This document shows, piece by piece, positions 27,091 to 40,700 of a stretch of DNA of 64,000 nt. The DNA comes from Utricularia gibba. Lineage: Eukaryota > Plantae > Magnoliophyta. A program made the position numbers and the translations under genes. The notes under the pieces were generated by a model. It saw nothing but the letters and a program-made list of their open reading frames with translations, made no database searches and had not been told where the DNA came from. Position 1 is the stretch's first letter; each line of letters opens with the position of its first letter. Location: NCBI GenBank assembly GCA_002189035.1, contig NEEC01000008.1, forward strand, positions 2,728,001 to 2,792,000, given 5' to 3'.

Positions 27091-28071
27091 AATCCATGTT
27101 TATCATGAGGATCTAGCCGGGACACTGGTTGGGGCTGGAACTCCTCCAATGGCAATCACATAGATGGGCAAACACCAAGTAATAGATACAGAGTAGCTGA
27201 TAGTGGAGCACCGTACGGAAAAATTATGAGCATTATTTTGTGCCACCAAAAGCTAGTGGAGTACACCTATCGAGCCAAAAGTCCAGGAGAGCTCGAGGAA
27301 ACCGCCGGTACGTGAATCATAAGCCAAGGCACCATGAAACGCCCACTGGGAAGAACATCCTGCAACATACAAAAGAAGCAGTTGGGATTCATTGAATCCT
27401 TGCACACGCCTGATTGCAATGAATTAGCAGTCAGAAAGAGACAGAAGATCCCCAGTACAAGTCATATATAATAAATGCCGCACGCCATTTCATTCGCTTG
27501 TTCAATAAATAAATGAGCTTGCTGCTTAGAGCATACATTTAGGTAAAGTGAGGAGTGAAGTGCCTGCCCTTTTCCTTCCAAATTTTTGAGATATCTTTCA
27601 TTGGAGGAGATCAAATGATTTCACATGGGCTTGCATCCAATCTTTTGTATATATATATTTTGATGTCCAGACTCGCGCCTGTTACCAACATAGATTTCCG
27701 TAAAAGGAAATGAAAAGTTGTATTTTTGCTATACCGGCTTTTGGTGTTGGCAGTTGGCATATGAATTGTTGAAGACACCAAAAAGAAATAGAAAAGTATG
27801 AGAAAATGGGTCACGGGTGTAGGAATGTGTGGTGGAGAATTTCTTGTTTGTCTTTTGGTGCTGTAAATTAGGTAACTATAGGTTTGAGATGTCGAAGCCT
27901 GTAACATGTATAGAACCATCATGTGAGTTCACATGTTCTACAGTTGTGGTGCATCCTTTTCAGTTGCAGTATTATTGAATGTGGTTAGTTTGTAACCATG
28001 CTCTCTCTGTCTATAAAATGGAGCATAAGCTGATCATCTTCTCGCACTAACACATCTGCTATCAATTCAGA

Positions 28072-28698
28072 ATGTATCATCAGATTGTGATCATCGTGCT
28101 CCTGCTCCTTGCAGTTGACAACCATCTACATGTATCTCTATATCAGTCTGTTCACTTCATTGCTCATCTAGGAAACATGTAAAACAACTGCCCTTTTCAT
28201 GGCTTATTTGTCCAGGCAGCAGCAGCAGTGGTGAGAGTGCAGCCTCCTTCCCGTGCCCCTTCTCCAGCTCCAGCTCCAGCACCAGCTCCTTTCCCACATC
28301 CCACCCCGGAAAACTTCTTGTTCAAGGTATTTCTTCACGCTTCACCATTTTTATGATCTTTCATTACTAAATGATGCGGACTTTGTTTGTTGCTGTGTTG
28401 ATGATCAGCATGGGACGACACCTGGGAGTCTTCAGCCTCAAGGTATGAATAACATACTCAGAAAGTAGAATGCAGCAGCACCAAACATGAACGTGAGTGA
28501 GATTGTTTAAACGCAGAGTGCGGTGATCGGTGCACAATGCGGTGCTCAAAAACACAATACAGGAAGCCGTGTTTGTTCTTCTGCAACAAATGCTGCGCGA
28601 AATGCCTGTGTGTGCCGCCGGGAACTTATGGGAACAAGCAGAGTTGCCCCTGCTACAACGAGTGGAAGACCAAGAGAGGTGGTCCAAAGTGCCCTTGA
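28072..28698 (+). CDS. GASA: GASA/Snakin cysteine-rich peptide with a Pro/Ala-rich insert
   Basis: Four exons (28072-28131, 28216-28326, 28409-28442, 28517-28698) splice in frame: signal peptide, PSRAPSPAPAPAPAPF, HGTTPGSLQPQ, then the complete 12-Cys domain ECGDRCTMRCS...CLFFCNKCCAKCLCVPPGTYGNKQSCPCYNEWKTKRGGPKCP*. TATA-like ctataaaa at about 28012. Confidence 0.95.
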
Positions 28699-29018
28699 TA
28701 TGGCAATGAGAGGCTTGTTAGAAGCTGGGATGACGTTATATTCCCCTTAATACCCATTTTCAATCTTTGAAACTGTGTTTCATTGTTACTGTTGTAATTT
28801 AACGAGTTAAACACAAAAATGCTTTTCTCTTCGTTGAATGTCAAGGATTCTATCTAAACCGTTGGCTTTGCTGGTTGGGTTGGATTTCAATTCAAAATTC
28901 ACATCCTAACGTAGAGGTGCTTCCATTGATGCTACAAGGAAACCAAACCATGTCATAAACAAACAGTAAATGCAATCACCAAAAATGTGAAAGGATCATG
29001 GGAGCTGAATGTCATCCT

Positions 29019-31790
29019 TTACGTCCCAGGAAATGGAATGACTGCTTCAAAGGCTTCAACAAGCATGGACACCCTTGTTTTTCTGGCGGGAGTTAGCTTT
29101 TTGACCATGTGCTGAACTGTGTAGTCAAGCATCCATTGCTCTGCCTTCTTCCTTTCATCTGTCACTAGAGACTTCAACTTCACTGTATCTGGTTCTGGAT
29201 CAGCTTCTTTCTTGTGCTTCCTTGCTTCATCCAACGCTTTGATGGATCTTTTTACTAGTAATGCATTCTTCAATTTGCTCCAGTTTCTGGGCGTTGGCAA
29301 CTCAGGTCTTGCATCCACAGCTGCTTTTGTTTCTGCTTTCAGTGGAGATCTCTGATCACTTGAAATCGGTTCTTCTGAAACGAAACCATCTCTCAAGGAT
29401 TGAGCTCTGAAAGTCTCCTCTCGTGCAAGAAGAATTTCATTGACTGTCTCTTTTATGAGTTTCACCACTTCTTCTTTGGTAAGCACAATCCTCACATTGT
29501 TTGACTCCAAATCCTTTTCATGAACCTTATCTGATGAATCATCATTTGTTACTGGAATATTCTCATTTTCAACTTCCTCAGCTTCTGATCCATCAAAAAG
29601 ATTATTTCCTACTCTCTCAGCTAGAGTTGGCACCACATGCTGATAAATCATATGCCACATTTTAATATGGTTGGTTCTCCCCGTTTGTGAAGAGCTTCCA
29701 CCATTTTCCATCTTTGATTCCATACATTTTGAAGCAAAGCCAGCATCTTCTATCACTGAAAGTTCAGCGGCATTTCTATTGTTTCTTGAGGAGTCAGATT
29801 CAAACTCCATGGATTTCACAACATGATTGGCACCTTCCGCAGCTTCTTTTATACTCCCTTGTTTGAATTCACCAGATAAGCTTCGTATCCTAACTGATGG
29901 TTCGAGGAATTCATTGTTTGAAACAGAGATGTCTGCAGCCTCCTTGGTAGACTTATTTCCACTTGCATGCTTTTCCAAGTTTAAAGAAACTTCGTCACCA
30001 CTATTAAGTCTAGCCTTCTGATCACCAGGCGCAGAAGCTTCTAGCCTTCCTTGTTGTAGCTCAGATGTAGAATCTTTATCTAGCCCATTTTCATTGATTC
30101 CTGTCAAGATTTGAATACGAGTATGAGTGTCTTCATGTGGAGGAACTACTGATTCAAATGCTTTTACTAGCAATGCCACTTTTTTCTTTTGGGATGGAGC
30201 AAGCTGACCTACTACTCGGGAAAGAGCATAATCCAGCATCCATTCTTCTGCACTTTTTCTCCCACCAAGTACCGGCGACCTCAGGGTACGCTTTTCAGCT
30301 CCAGGCTCAAAATTCAAAGGTTTTATCTTTGGGCTCCTGGCATCAAAGGGTCTTACTTTCTCTAACTCCTCGATGAATTTTTGAAGAAGAACCCACTTCT
30401 TCAAACCACTCCAATGATTCAATGCTGCCTTATTTTTTCTACTTATACCTTTCAATACTTCACTTCCAGAGTCGCCAGACAAGGGAACTTGCTCCGGTTG
30501 ATCAGATGCTGCCATAACCTCACATTTATCAGCATCAGGTTCTTTTTCTGGCAGAAAATCTACATGAAAAAGAAAAGTAGTGGTGATACAGTCAGCTGAA
30601 GCAAGGTCAGGATTTATATCTGTAGATACATATAAAGATCACCGCTTACTCTCTTTTTCATGTTGTTCGATGCACTCACTTCCATTTGAGTAGTGGCCAG
30701 TCATGGAGTGATTCAAGTCCTGAACTTCAGGCAGAAGAATCTTGTCTATTGCGTCCCTGACATGCTGGACAACCATTTGTTTCCTGTCTTCAACATCTTG
30801 AGCTTCGTATTCACTGTTGATCACAGTATCTAAGTCAGATAATTCCTTGGAGAAAACTGAAACTTCCTCCACAGCAAGAGTAGTGGCTTGTGTACTGGAA
30901 CTTTCAGCATCAGATTCTGCAACTGGCTTGTGTGAAGATTCAGCAACAGAATTTGAAAAATTCTGATGTATCAGTTTCCAAAGGCTGGCATGCCCTGGTT
31001 TGCTGAATTGAAGCTTAACATTATCATAAGTAAAACAATCAGTTTTGGAATCCTCAACATTATAAACTTTTTTATCTCCACAATCTGCAGAATCAACTTC
31101 ACTAGAACCACCAGAATCTGTCGTTAGGCCATCTTTTGTGGGATATTGATCAATGGACTTAACTTGTTCTTCTGAATGATCATTCAAGAGACAGTAGCAG
31201 CTCAAACAATATCCCTTCATGCCAAATGCCTTTCCAGTACGTTGCTCGTACTTGGCCATGATTCTGAGACTGTCCTGGTGAGCTCTTTCAGGGAATGAAG
31301 TTTCACCAAATACAGTTTCAATAAGACTCAAATCATGCATCTGAGTAGAATCAACGGCAGCTTCATCATGCTCCCCATACAAAGGAACAGTAACAGATTC
31401 AGCCTCTACTCTGCACCTCTTTTTAGGTGAACCACCCTTCCACCTCCGGTTATATTGTCCTCGTTTGACTAAGAAATAGTTGGATTGGTAAGTTGAATCG
31501 TGATGACGATGTCCATGTAGAGAGCAGTGATTGTATCTACAAAATTTGATGGCTGAAGCATTTTCAACTTGTGCCCCTCCATCATCAGCAAAATTGGAGT
31601 TCTTTAAAGCAGAAGAATGTGTTGCCTTACTAAAAGCAACACCCTCTGAAATGGTGCAGCATTCCAATGAAGCTTCTTTGTTAGGCTTGAAACTTGCCTT
31701 CCTTATAAGAACCCCAACATTTCTGGAACTCCTTGAGACAGATTTTCGCCTTATCAGCCATGAAACACCAGAACAGCTCTTGTTCTCCAT
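29019..31790 (-). CDS. PICBP: Plant calmodulin-binding protein (PICBP-like)
   Basis: Two large exons (31790-30650, 30547-29019) join in frame. N-terminal YNHCSLHGHRHH; two CaM_binding repeats ending AEEWMLDYAL...KVALLVKAFESV and AEQWMLDYTV...RVSMLVEAFEAV. Confidence 0.88.
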
Positions 31791-33112
31791 TTTTTTGCTC
31801 TCTGAGCTGTTTGTTGCCTTGAGATAATGAGGATGCTGCTCAGATGAAAAGAAAACAGAATGTGTGTCATGATGAGATTCATCCCCTGTCTCCAGATCAA
31901 CAAAAAGGTGATCACAAACACATCAAAGTTTTCATCTTTTCTCAACGCCAACGAAAACCCAAATAGAAACGTGACAAAAACCAAGAAAAAGAACCGAATT
32001 CATATATTTCAATAAGTGGGGAACCGAAACACCAATTACCAACCATGGTGCTTCCAATTATCGGCCCAAAATGTGCACAATCCCCAGATTCAGATGTAAG
32101 ACGACGCTTTAAGCGTTGCGTAAAGACAAGAACAACAGCGATTCTAATTTTGTGCCCACTGCAAATCAGACTGTACTGGTCAACAAGAAAAATGGTCAAG
32201 TACGCCATTCTTTGGCTTCAGCATCAGTTCACATCAAACCGCATTAATTACCTGTCAGCCATCAACGTCTCTGTGTTACACCGATCCAAATGAGGCTGCG
32301 TTACTGGCAACTGCAAATCAGATAGAACTCAAAACCCCTGACTTCGTCAGCTTACATGGATGCCCGTGACTCTCCCCATTCTGCACAGATGAGTGCTTTA
32401 CTGGGTCACCGCCATTATCACAACAAAGTTTATTCCAATGAAAGCGATCAAAATGTACGTATAATGCAACATTTGATGTCAAATTCACATGAAACTCATT
32501 TATTCTTATGAATCTGTAGTTACAATCCCATACTAATAGCACATTTTTTACGAAAATGTGACTACACTGAATAATGCATTTGATGATCAAGTTATGTTGA
32601 GATGAGACAAAGGGTGCAAACACATGAAACTTGATTTCACAGTATTAGAACAAATAATATTCCAACAAGAAATTAAAATGAAATAATTAAATATATAATA
32701 GATTAAATATTAAAATTAATTGATTTGCAAATTTTTTATTTTTTTAATATAATCTATATTTATTGTATACTTAAATTTTATAAATGATCATCTAATCTAT
32801 CAAATATTTAATTTTAATATAAATAAGATTCTATTAAAAATAAGATTAAGATTAATATATCTATTAAAATTTAAATTCATTTTGAATGATTGACTTTTTC
32901 CTCTCTGTAGTAATCTTCAAGATTATAAATTAATAATAGAAATTAATTTTACATTTATTATACTATTGGGCTTTTTAAGAGGATTGGGCTGATGCTGGTA
33001 TACGGTTGATCTTGGACTGAGCCTGAGAACGATAAAAGCCCGATCCATATATAATTTGGTTCCCCCTCGCCTTTTAATTCTCCTCCGTCGGCGTCTGTCC
33101 GGTAGGCAAACG

Positions 33113-34549
33113 ATGTCGTTTATGAGGGGAAATCTGCTGGACAAGAGCCGGAAGCTTGTGAAAGGGTTGGCCATGGCAGAACCCATATGGCTCAAGGAAA
33201 TGGAAAGGTGCGGAGAGGTTATTTTTCTTCGTCGTAGAATCGATTTTATTCTGACGTTTTACCGTCCTGCAGGGAGCCTCCGGTGACCTTTCCCCGATCG
33301 GAGAATAAGCTCAAGCCCATTATACTTCCGGAGGATGATTATGTAAATAAGTTCATCAAGAAGCATACGGATTCCAAGCTCGTGGATTCTATCAAGTAAT
33401 TGGCTCTTTTTTTTTTGATATCTCTCCTGTGGTAACGTTTAATATTATGGTGACATTTGTGTCGTATTGGATGAGAATGTGTGAGCGCTCAGTTTGCTTG
33501 TAGCATAATTGCGATCTGAAGGTGTTTTTTTTCTGAATTTAATACGGGGATTCGATGAAATTTTATAACTATGTATGAACTTGGTAGGGGGTGTAGCTTT
33601 TCAGAAAGCGTGGACTTTTTGATGCAGTTATTTGGAATTTATTCGTTGCAGCTGCCTAGCTTTGTGTTTAAAAGGAATAAAAATGAAAACTCGTGATTTT
33701 GAGGCTGTTTGCACATGTTAAGAGTGTAGCAAATGACAATCAGACTTCGATGTGTGTACTACTTGCGAGTGAGAGCTTGCAATGAAGTATAAAATGTTCT
33801 GCACCCAAAGCCATATTCACACCAGAACCTTCTTCTCATGTCGACCCTGCTTTTCGTTTGTGTTTCAGATGGATTTTAGGTAGCTTTGTAGCAAGAGTTC
33901 TTTCTTCTCCTTTTGTTGTTTGCACCATATTCAGTTTTCAGTTCTCCAAACACACTATTTGTGTTGTGACCTAATCTGTTTGTTATTGAACTATATGAGC
34001 ATCCCAAATTAGCAGAAGGGGATGAAGCTTCAAGTTGTTCACTTGACTTTAGGCTTATGATAGTTATGTGCATTCCTCCAAGTTAATACCTTGTGACAGT
34101 ATTTTCCATTTGCTTAGGAGTAATGATTTGTCCCTTTTTCTAGTATTTCTGGTTTCGATCCTCCCCCAGCCCGTGTATTTGCTTGGAGAGTCCTTGAGTT
34201 GAAGGAACAGGGGCTAACGGAAGAGGATGCCATGTCTATTGCAGATGTAAGTATAGTTTGTTTTCGTCTTGTGTTTTTGTCGTTCCTCATATGCTTTGAT
34301 TGTGTCCAGATGGAGTATCGAGCCGACAAAAAAGCCAAAAGGAAAGCATATCGTAGATTGAAAGAAATTGCAAAACCCCAAGGAAAGCAGCGCCCTCCAA
34401 ATCCATATCCAAGTGCTGTAAAGGAGATACAGGCTGAAGAAAAGAAGTATGTTCATGACAGGTTTTTTGATCCTCAAACACTTCGAGTCCTTAATAAACT
34501 GAAACAAGATCGATTACAAGGGATGGCAGATAGAAGAGGATTCATATAG
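33113..34549 (+). CDS. Plant mitochondrial ribosomal protein mS23-like (At1g26750-like)
   Basis: Four exons (33113-33207, 33273-33395, 34144-34246, 34310-34549): MSFMRGNLLDKSRKLVKGL..EPIWLKEMER|EPPVTFPR..LPEDDYV..GFDPPPARVFAWRVLELKEQG..MEYRADKKAKRKAYRRLKEIA..PPNPYPSAVKEIQAEEKKYVHDRFF. The mS23 identity is from recall. Confidence 0.85.
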
Positions 34550-34658
34550 TGAAAACCCCCCTCAGATTTCATTGCTAGTTTTCCTGTTTGTCATGACTTT
34601 GGATACCCATAAAGGTTCTATGGTGACACAAATCCAGATTATGGGATATTTTGAAATC

Positions 34659-36357
34659 CTAAACTTTCCATGTGTTAGATAACATGGCTGCTACATGCTC
34701 TGCAATTGCCATGCTTGAAGTTAGCCCTGGTGATTCGATGCCGAAAAGGTTTATCAGCCCCGGAACTCCATGAATCTCTTCTCCCTAGGAATTATTCCAA
34801 GAAAACAAACGTGCATCATCCATCAGTTTATTGCATGACAGAACTAAAGCCTCGCAGGTTGAAATGAATGGCCTCACCTGGATCACAAAATCAGCAGGGG
34901 GTTGGTTGGGGCCAGTGATCTTTGATCGAATGCCGGCATATCCTGGTTCTAGTGATCCATCTTTCAGATTTGGGTAGTACTTTCTGATCTCAGTGTAAAA
35001 TCTGTGCGCCCTTTCTCCATCAACGGAATAGTCAAGCCTGATCGAATCACAGCTCAGATGCCACACATCTACCTTGAATGACTACTACAATTATTCATCA
35101 GGCTTTTTCCAATACAGAGAGAAACAGCAGATGCCTAACTACATTGTTTGGAGACTTACAAGTTGAGGAAGCTGGAGATATCATCCACACTGTCGATCCA
35201 TTCAACATCTGGGCCAAACTTGACTTGCCCATTTAAGTCTATCGTTACATGCACTCCAAGTCCACCATCTTCAGGAACAGGGTATATGAGATGTTGAAAA
35301 GGGGGAGTTTTCATGTTTGAGAGGGTGAAGTAGCACCCTCGAGCGAAGCAGGATTGAGGAATGGTTCCAACGTGGAGGCCAGAGATGCGCTTAGCAAGAG
35401 CAACAGCACCCAAACCAGCAGAATTCACAGCAATCCTTGGGGTGATGATCATCATATCTGGATCAAACTCAGACTCTTCTTCCATGCTTTTCAGTTTCTT
35501 ACTTTCAGAAATGCAGAGATGGAGCTGGCCTTCTTGGTATCTTCCACCGGTTACAGTAGTGTTGTATGAGAAAATGGCGCCATGGCTCTCTGCTTCTGCC
35601 TATAAATTACACTCCTATCAGTATCCATTGGATGAAGAAACAGCCACTCCCGAAAAAATGAGATTAAGAGTATGAACCAGGAGAGACAGCATGAAGGAAT
35701 GACTATCAACTATCCCGGAGACAGGGGAGAGCAGTGCTTTCTCGCACTGCAACTCAGGTTCCATTCGACTAGCTTCTCGACCATCGATCATCTCAAGACC
35801 TTCCACTCCATTCTCGATCCCTCGTTCCATGAGTTTGCTCAGTTTCAGGATTTCCGAAGTTCTAGTAGCAACTATCAGCTTCCCAATCTGCCTATTGGGA
35901 ACACCATGTTCTTGACAGTATTTGTACATTAGTTGCCTCCCTTTTACACATAACTGAGCCTGCAACAAACACTCTTGTAAGTTGGGAAGTTCGAATTCTG
36001 TAAAATAGAAGGCAAAGCATCAACAAGCCAAGCACATAGCCCTAGGAACTCCAAGAAATGAACAGAGCAAAGGTGGTTTGCCTTGAGAGAATTGGGAGGA
36101 TAATAGATACCCCCATGAATAACTTCACTGTTCCGAGAGCTCGAGCCATTTCCAAATGTCGACGCCGATTCAACAACCAGGACTTCCCTCCGGAGCTTCA
36201 GAGCTAGTTCACGCGCCACGGCTATCCCCACAACTCCGGCACCGATCACCACCGCATCCACCCTTTCACTGTGCAATCCTCTGCTATGTACATTGGAAAA
36301 ATATGCGGGGTTTTTTCCGATACGGGAAGACTTCATCAAGGTCGCCCAACGCATCAT
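34659..36357 (-). CDS. L2HGDH: L-2-hydroxyglutarate dehydrogenase, mitochondrial
   Basis: Transit peptide, [12 protein letters not shown] (FAD binding), [71 protein letters not shown]; stop at 34659-61. Confidence 0.95.
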
Positions 36358-36459
36358 CGAATTGATTGAGTGATACCTTCGTTGAAAACTCCGATGAACG
36401 CAAAAGAAGCCCATCAATGCACCCGGTTTTTTCTCGATCCCACAGGCTCAAGAAACTGG

Positions 36460-37200
36460 CTACAAGGGTTCCCAAAAGTCGCTTGCTTCTATCAATAGCG
36501 GAGAAATCGACGCCAAAGAAATCAAAGATGCAACCTCCCACTTGCAACAAGATAACGAAATAAAAAAGAGGGACAGAAAGAGAAAGAAAATATGATTACT
36601 TACTTGGAACTTGGTTGTTCCATTGAAAATATTAATCGTTTTCAGGACTCGTAAAGGGGATTGAGGATCATGGTATTCACTGAACTGGGGAGATGCAGTA
36701 CCCAGGTTGAAGAAACACAGCACCGCCACCACCCGCAGTCGTTCAGATAAAACACATAACCTTTCTGCACGAACACCTACTGTGGTTAGAGGGCGGACGA
36801 CGCCCGGCAGCAGAGCAGACTCGTTCCGTAACGTATTCTTTTCCGGCACGACGAAGGCCGCCGTTAGGTAGTTGTTCGCCATATCTTGCAAGCCTCTTGA
36901 GAAAGCAGAGACAGGACTCGTCTTTTGATCAAATATACAACGAATTCTCACCAGCTCCTATAGCTTTTCCCGGTATCAAACCCGTAAGCGGTAGGACGGA
37001 AATTCAGCACCGGCGCAGGAAAACTTGTTCCGTTTTGAATCCGAAGACTCTCATCAAAGATCTTGTTTCTTTCCGTATAGTAGTGGAGGGTATGTCAGCC
37101 ACATCTGATACCTTGCACCAGAAGGAGATGGTGTGGCGGAGAAAGATGATACAGCTGCAAAAAAAACTTTCATTCATACCAGAAGAAGATGGTGTACTGT
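36460..37200 (-). other. Unexplained exon-like region upstream of L2HGDH (long leader with uORF, or a decayed gene)
   Basis: Balanced GC, an open frame 36951-36460, and a strong donor (caa|GTAAGT, 36603) with acceptor (gcaag|, 36541) defining a 63-bp in-frame intron. No confident homology. Confidence 0.3.
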
Positions 37201-37435
37201 GTAAAAAATAACCGTTTCCGTTTCCTTCCGGAGCCTGTGCCGATTGAGCCGAATCCTTCATCCATTGGGCCTTTGGGTATTTGGGCCTCAACAATTAGTG
37301 GTCCAATTGTTTCAATATGAGCATGAGAGTACCAATTCAAATTGTCTAAGCAATTCAAAAGCAAATCATTCATTTATTTTTATATTTTCTTTTTTTTTGA
37401 AACCAAGTATGTAATATTTCAATATTGGAATGTTG

Positions 37436-37650
37436 ACTAATCCTTTCTTTGCATAAAAACTAAATTTAAATGATTGGATCATAGACTAATTATGATTAAA
37501 TTGTTATTATAAATGATTTGTGATCCAAAATGATTTAATTGTGATTGAACTACAAATCAATACTAGAAATTAAACATCAGATGTAATTAAAATTAATAAA
37601 TATTGAATGTTTGAATTGTACAATTTTTAGATAAAGAAATGAGGATTAAT
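37436..37650. mobile_element. Degenerate MITE-like element in the HMA6 promoter
   Basis: Imperfect terminal inverted repeats actaatcctttctttgcataaaaa / tttttagataaagaaatgaggattaat with an AT-rich interior. No clear TSD. Confidence 0.4.
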
Positions 37651-37748
37651 CCATACGAGGCTTTTTTTTAGGGTGACACGGGGGCAAGGTCTTTGGAGAT
37701 GATATTAGGGGATAAGGTATTTTTACGAGCTTGAAGAAGACGGCGGTT

Positions 37749-40700
37749 ATGGAGTCCGCTTTGCTCTCCGCCGCTGCCGGCGTTTCGATTTTGTCGATTT
37801 ACAAGTCCCTCAATCCTCATTCCTCCTATCCACTTATAATTGCGCGTCTCAACCGCCGCTTCTCCACGGCTGCTCGGATTCCGCTCTCTTTCCTGCATCT
37901 CAGCCGAAGCTGCTCGTTGCAGGGCCCCTTGCTGCGCCAAGATGCTAGATTAGAGAATCTCGGCCGTGGCCGGGGTGGTTGTGATTTTGCAGCGCGGTAC
38001 ACGTCGTCGTTTGTTTCTGGAGGCGGAGGGCCTGATGGGATTGATGGAGGAGGAGGCGATCGTCGGGCGGATGTTGGGGAAGCTAACCCTGGTGGTGCCG
38101 CAGCCGGAACGGGTGAGGGCTTCGGGTCAAGTTCTGAAGTGATCATTCTTGAAGTTGGGGTAAACACTGGTGTTAATGCAGTACTGTTTTGGAATTTTTT
38201 GGCCATTTTGTCAATAAGCGTTTGTTCGAATTTGATACACCCAAAATAGCGTCTTGATATGGCGCTTTTCTGAATGTGGATTATTTTGCTGACTATCTTA
38301 TTTTCTGCGATCGGGATTTTCACCACTTCAGTGTTTCAGGGGATGTCATGTGGGGGATGTGCAGTGAGTGTCAAGAGAATATTGGAAAGTCAAGTAAGTG
38401 CCTTTATAGGATATACGTCTTCATAGTTGCCTTCAGCTTTTCGCCCTTTTTCGTATTTCATTCCGGGTTTTCTTTATCCTATAGTTTATTCCGTGAAAAT
38501 GAAAATCATGAATGAATATTCCTGAGTAAAAGTATAATCTTGAACTGATTCTGGGAAGGGATGAAATTATCCGTAAGAACCGATTGAACCACTTTTTGAC
38601 CGTCTGTTTAATCTTGCATGTTCCCAGTTAACGTTCGTTGATTTCTTTGGAATTATTTTCATCCATCGGTTAACGTGCCTGTTTTTTTTAATAAATTACA
38701 ACAAAAAAAAAAGGTTTTTATTTTAAAGAACTTGTACGTTTCTGTTCTTGTATGATACGATAGGATGGAGACATGCTTTCGTTTTGTGCACCGAAAAGGT
38801 ATTTTAGCTTGACCTTTAAAGAGTTGTCATTAATAAGTATATTGTAATCATCTCGAGCAGCCACAGGTGTCATCAGCGAGTGTAAACCTTGCAACTGAGA
38901 CAGCTATTGTATGGCCTGTATCTGAAGCCATGAATATACCCAACTGGCAAAGGGACATTGGAGAAGCTCTTGCAAAGCATTTGACTAGCTGTGGTTTTGA
39001 ATCCAATCTTAAAGGTTTGAGGTTTTTCATCTATATAATCTTTTTATTTTGCTTACAAGATTACTGCTTCATGATGACCACGTTGAGCATAATCCAAAAC
39101 CTATATTCTTGTCCATCATCGTGCTTTTCGTTATGTTTTTGCTGGCTTCCACCTAGTGCGCACTTTGGGGAATTTTCCCTACTTGCTACCCTGAGAAAAT
39201 TTTTGAGTTTCTTTTTAGCGCTTTCTGGAAAACGCACCTTACCCATACGTTAAGATAACTACTGGATTAGGCATACTGATGGAGGTCTTGATGTTGAGAT
39301 TCTGTAATTAATCACTATATGTATAAGGAAATGCAAGATAAATATGAAAAATAAAGATCATAAATCGACAAACAAAAGGGGTGTGCAATGTGTAGCTTGA
39401 GAACGTAAGTATTAAGGACTCATCTCAGAAAGGACGCAGACGAATAGGAAACTGAGGTTGTTTACCTGGAAGTAAATAAGAGTATTCGTAGTGCAGTGCT
39501 ACAGATTGTCAAAAGTGAGCTCTTGTCTCAATGCTTATCATCATTAGAAAGATGGTAGTTCTGGAATCCTTCTCAAATTCAAACCTTAATCCCACTGGCT
39601 ATGTTAGCCTATATTGATTGTGTTATTGCCTTCCTATTGTAAAATCCATATTTCCTGGAGGGTTTTTTTTCTTTTTAACAAGAGGTAGCATGTTAGAAGC
39701 CTGTGCTAGGCTCTTAAGGTTTTTCTTTGACGTAGAGGCATGTCTGTCCCATATATTTCACCAATGTGGTATATCTCACGTATAGCTTTTCGGGAATGGC
39801 AGATGTGGGAGCAATTGATGGGGATAATAAACCATAGGTGCAATGGATTCCTGTTACACCCACTATTCTCAGTGATGGTGAGTGCTGATCCTACTGCGTT
39901 GTAGCATCTGTACATTCCATTTGTGACCTTCCTTTTTTCCATCCGTAGGTGCACCTTTCTGGTTCTTTGTGTTTTCTGGTGGAGGGCCGTAACTTTCTTG
40001 GTACACCAATATGAATATTAGATTGTTGAGAGGGTTATGTAACAATCTGATAGTCTGTATTAGGTGGTTGGCTTTGGTACTTTACCTTCCATCGTGTAAG
40101 ATTTCTTGTTGTAATACTTTCATTGGTGTGGCATCAAGGAGAAGTTGAAGTCATATTCTGAAATGGGAATAAAGGCCCCATAATTCACACTAAAGTTAGA
40201 AACGTTACAGCATGAAGGATGACATAAAAAATTGGGTGCTTACAAATGGCCAAACTCCTTAAAACTAACAGCATGTTGTGGTTTTGTAAAGTACGAATAA
40301 TGCCATCTACTATCATACAGATTCACTTGAATTTTTTATATCTCTTGAAACGTGGATTCGACTGCTCGTTTATAACTATATTTAAAGTTATCTAAAATGC
40401 AATTCCTTTATCGCCTGGATTATTCATGTTTCTCTGTTTTGCAGATTTTAGAAAGGGAAAATCCTACCAAACCTTCGAGAAGAAAATGCATGAGAAGCAG
40501 GCACTCTTGAGAGAAAGTGGTGAATTTTTTTTCCTAGCTGTTCTCTTCCTGATATGAATATCATTGATGCTGAAAAATGTGGCAACAGAGACTACATGAT
40601 CACCAATATATGAGCATTTCAGGCATAATTTAGATGTGTCTTGAAGTGTTGGAAGACACCCATAAAATATCTTTTTATCAAAGATTATTTGTTGAAATTA

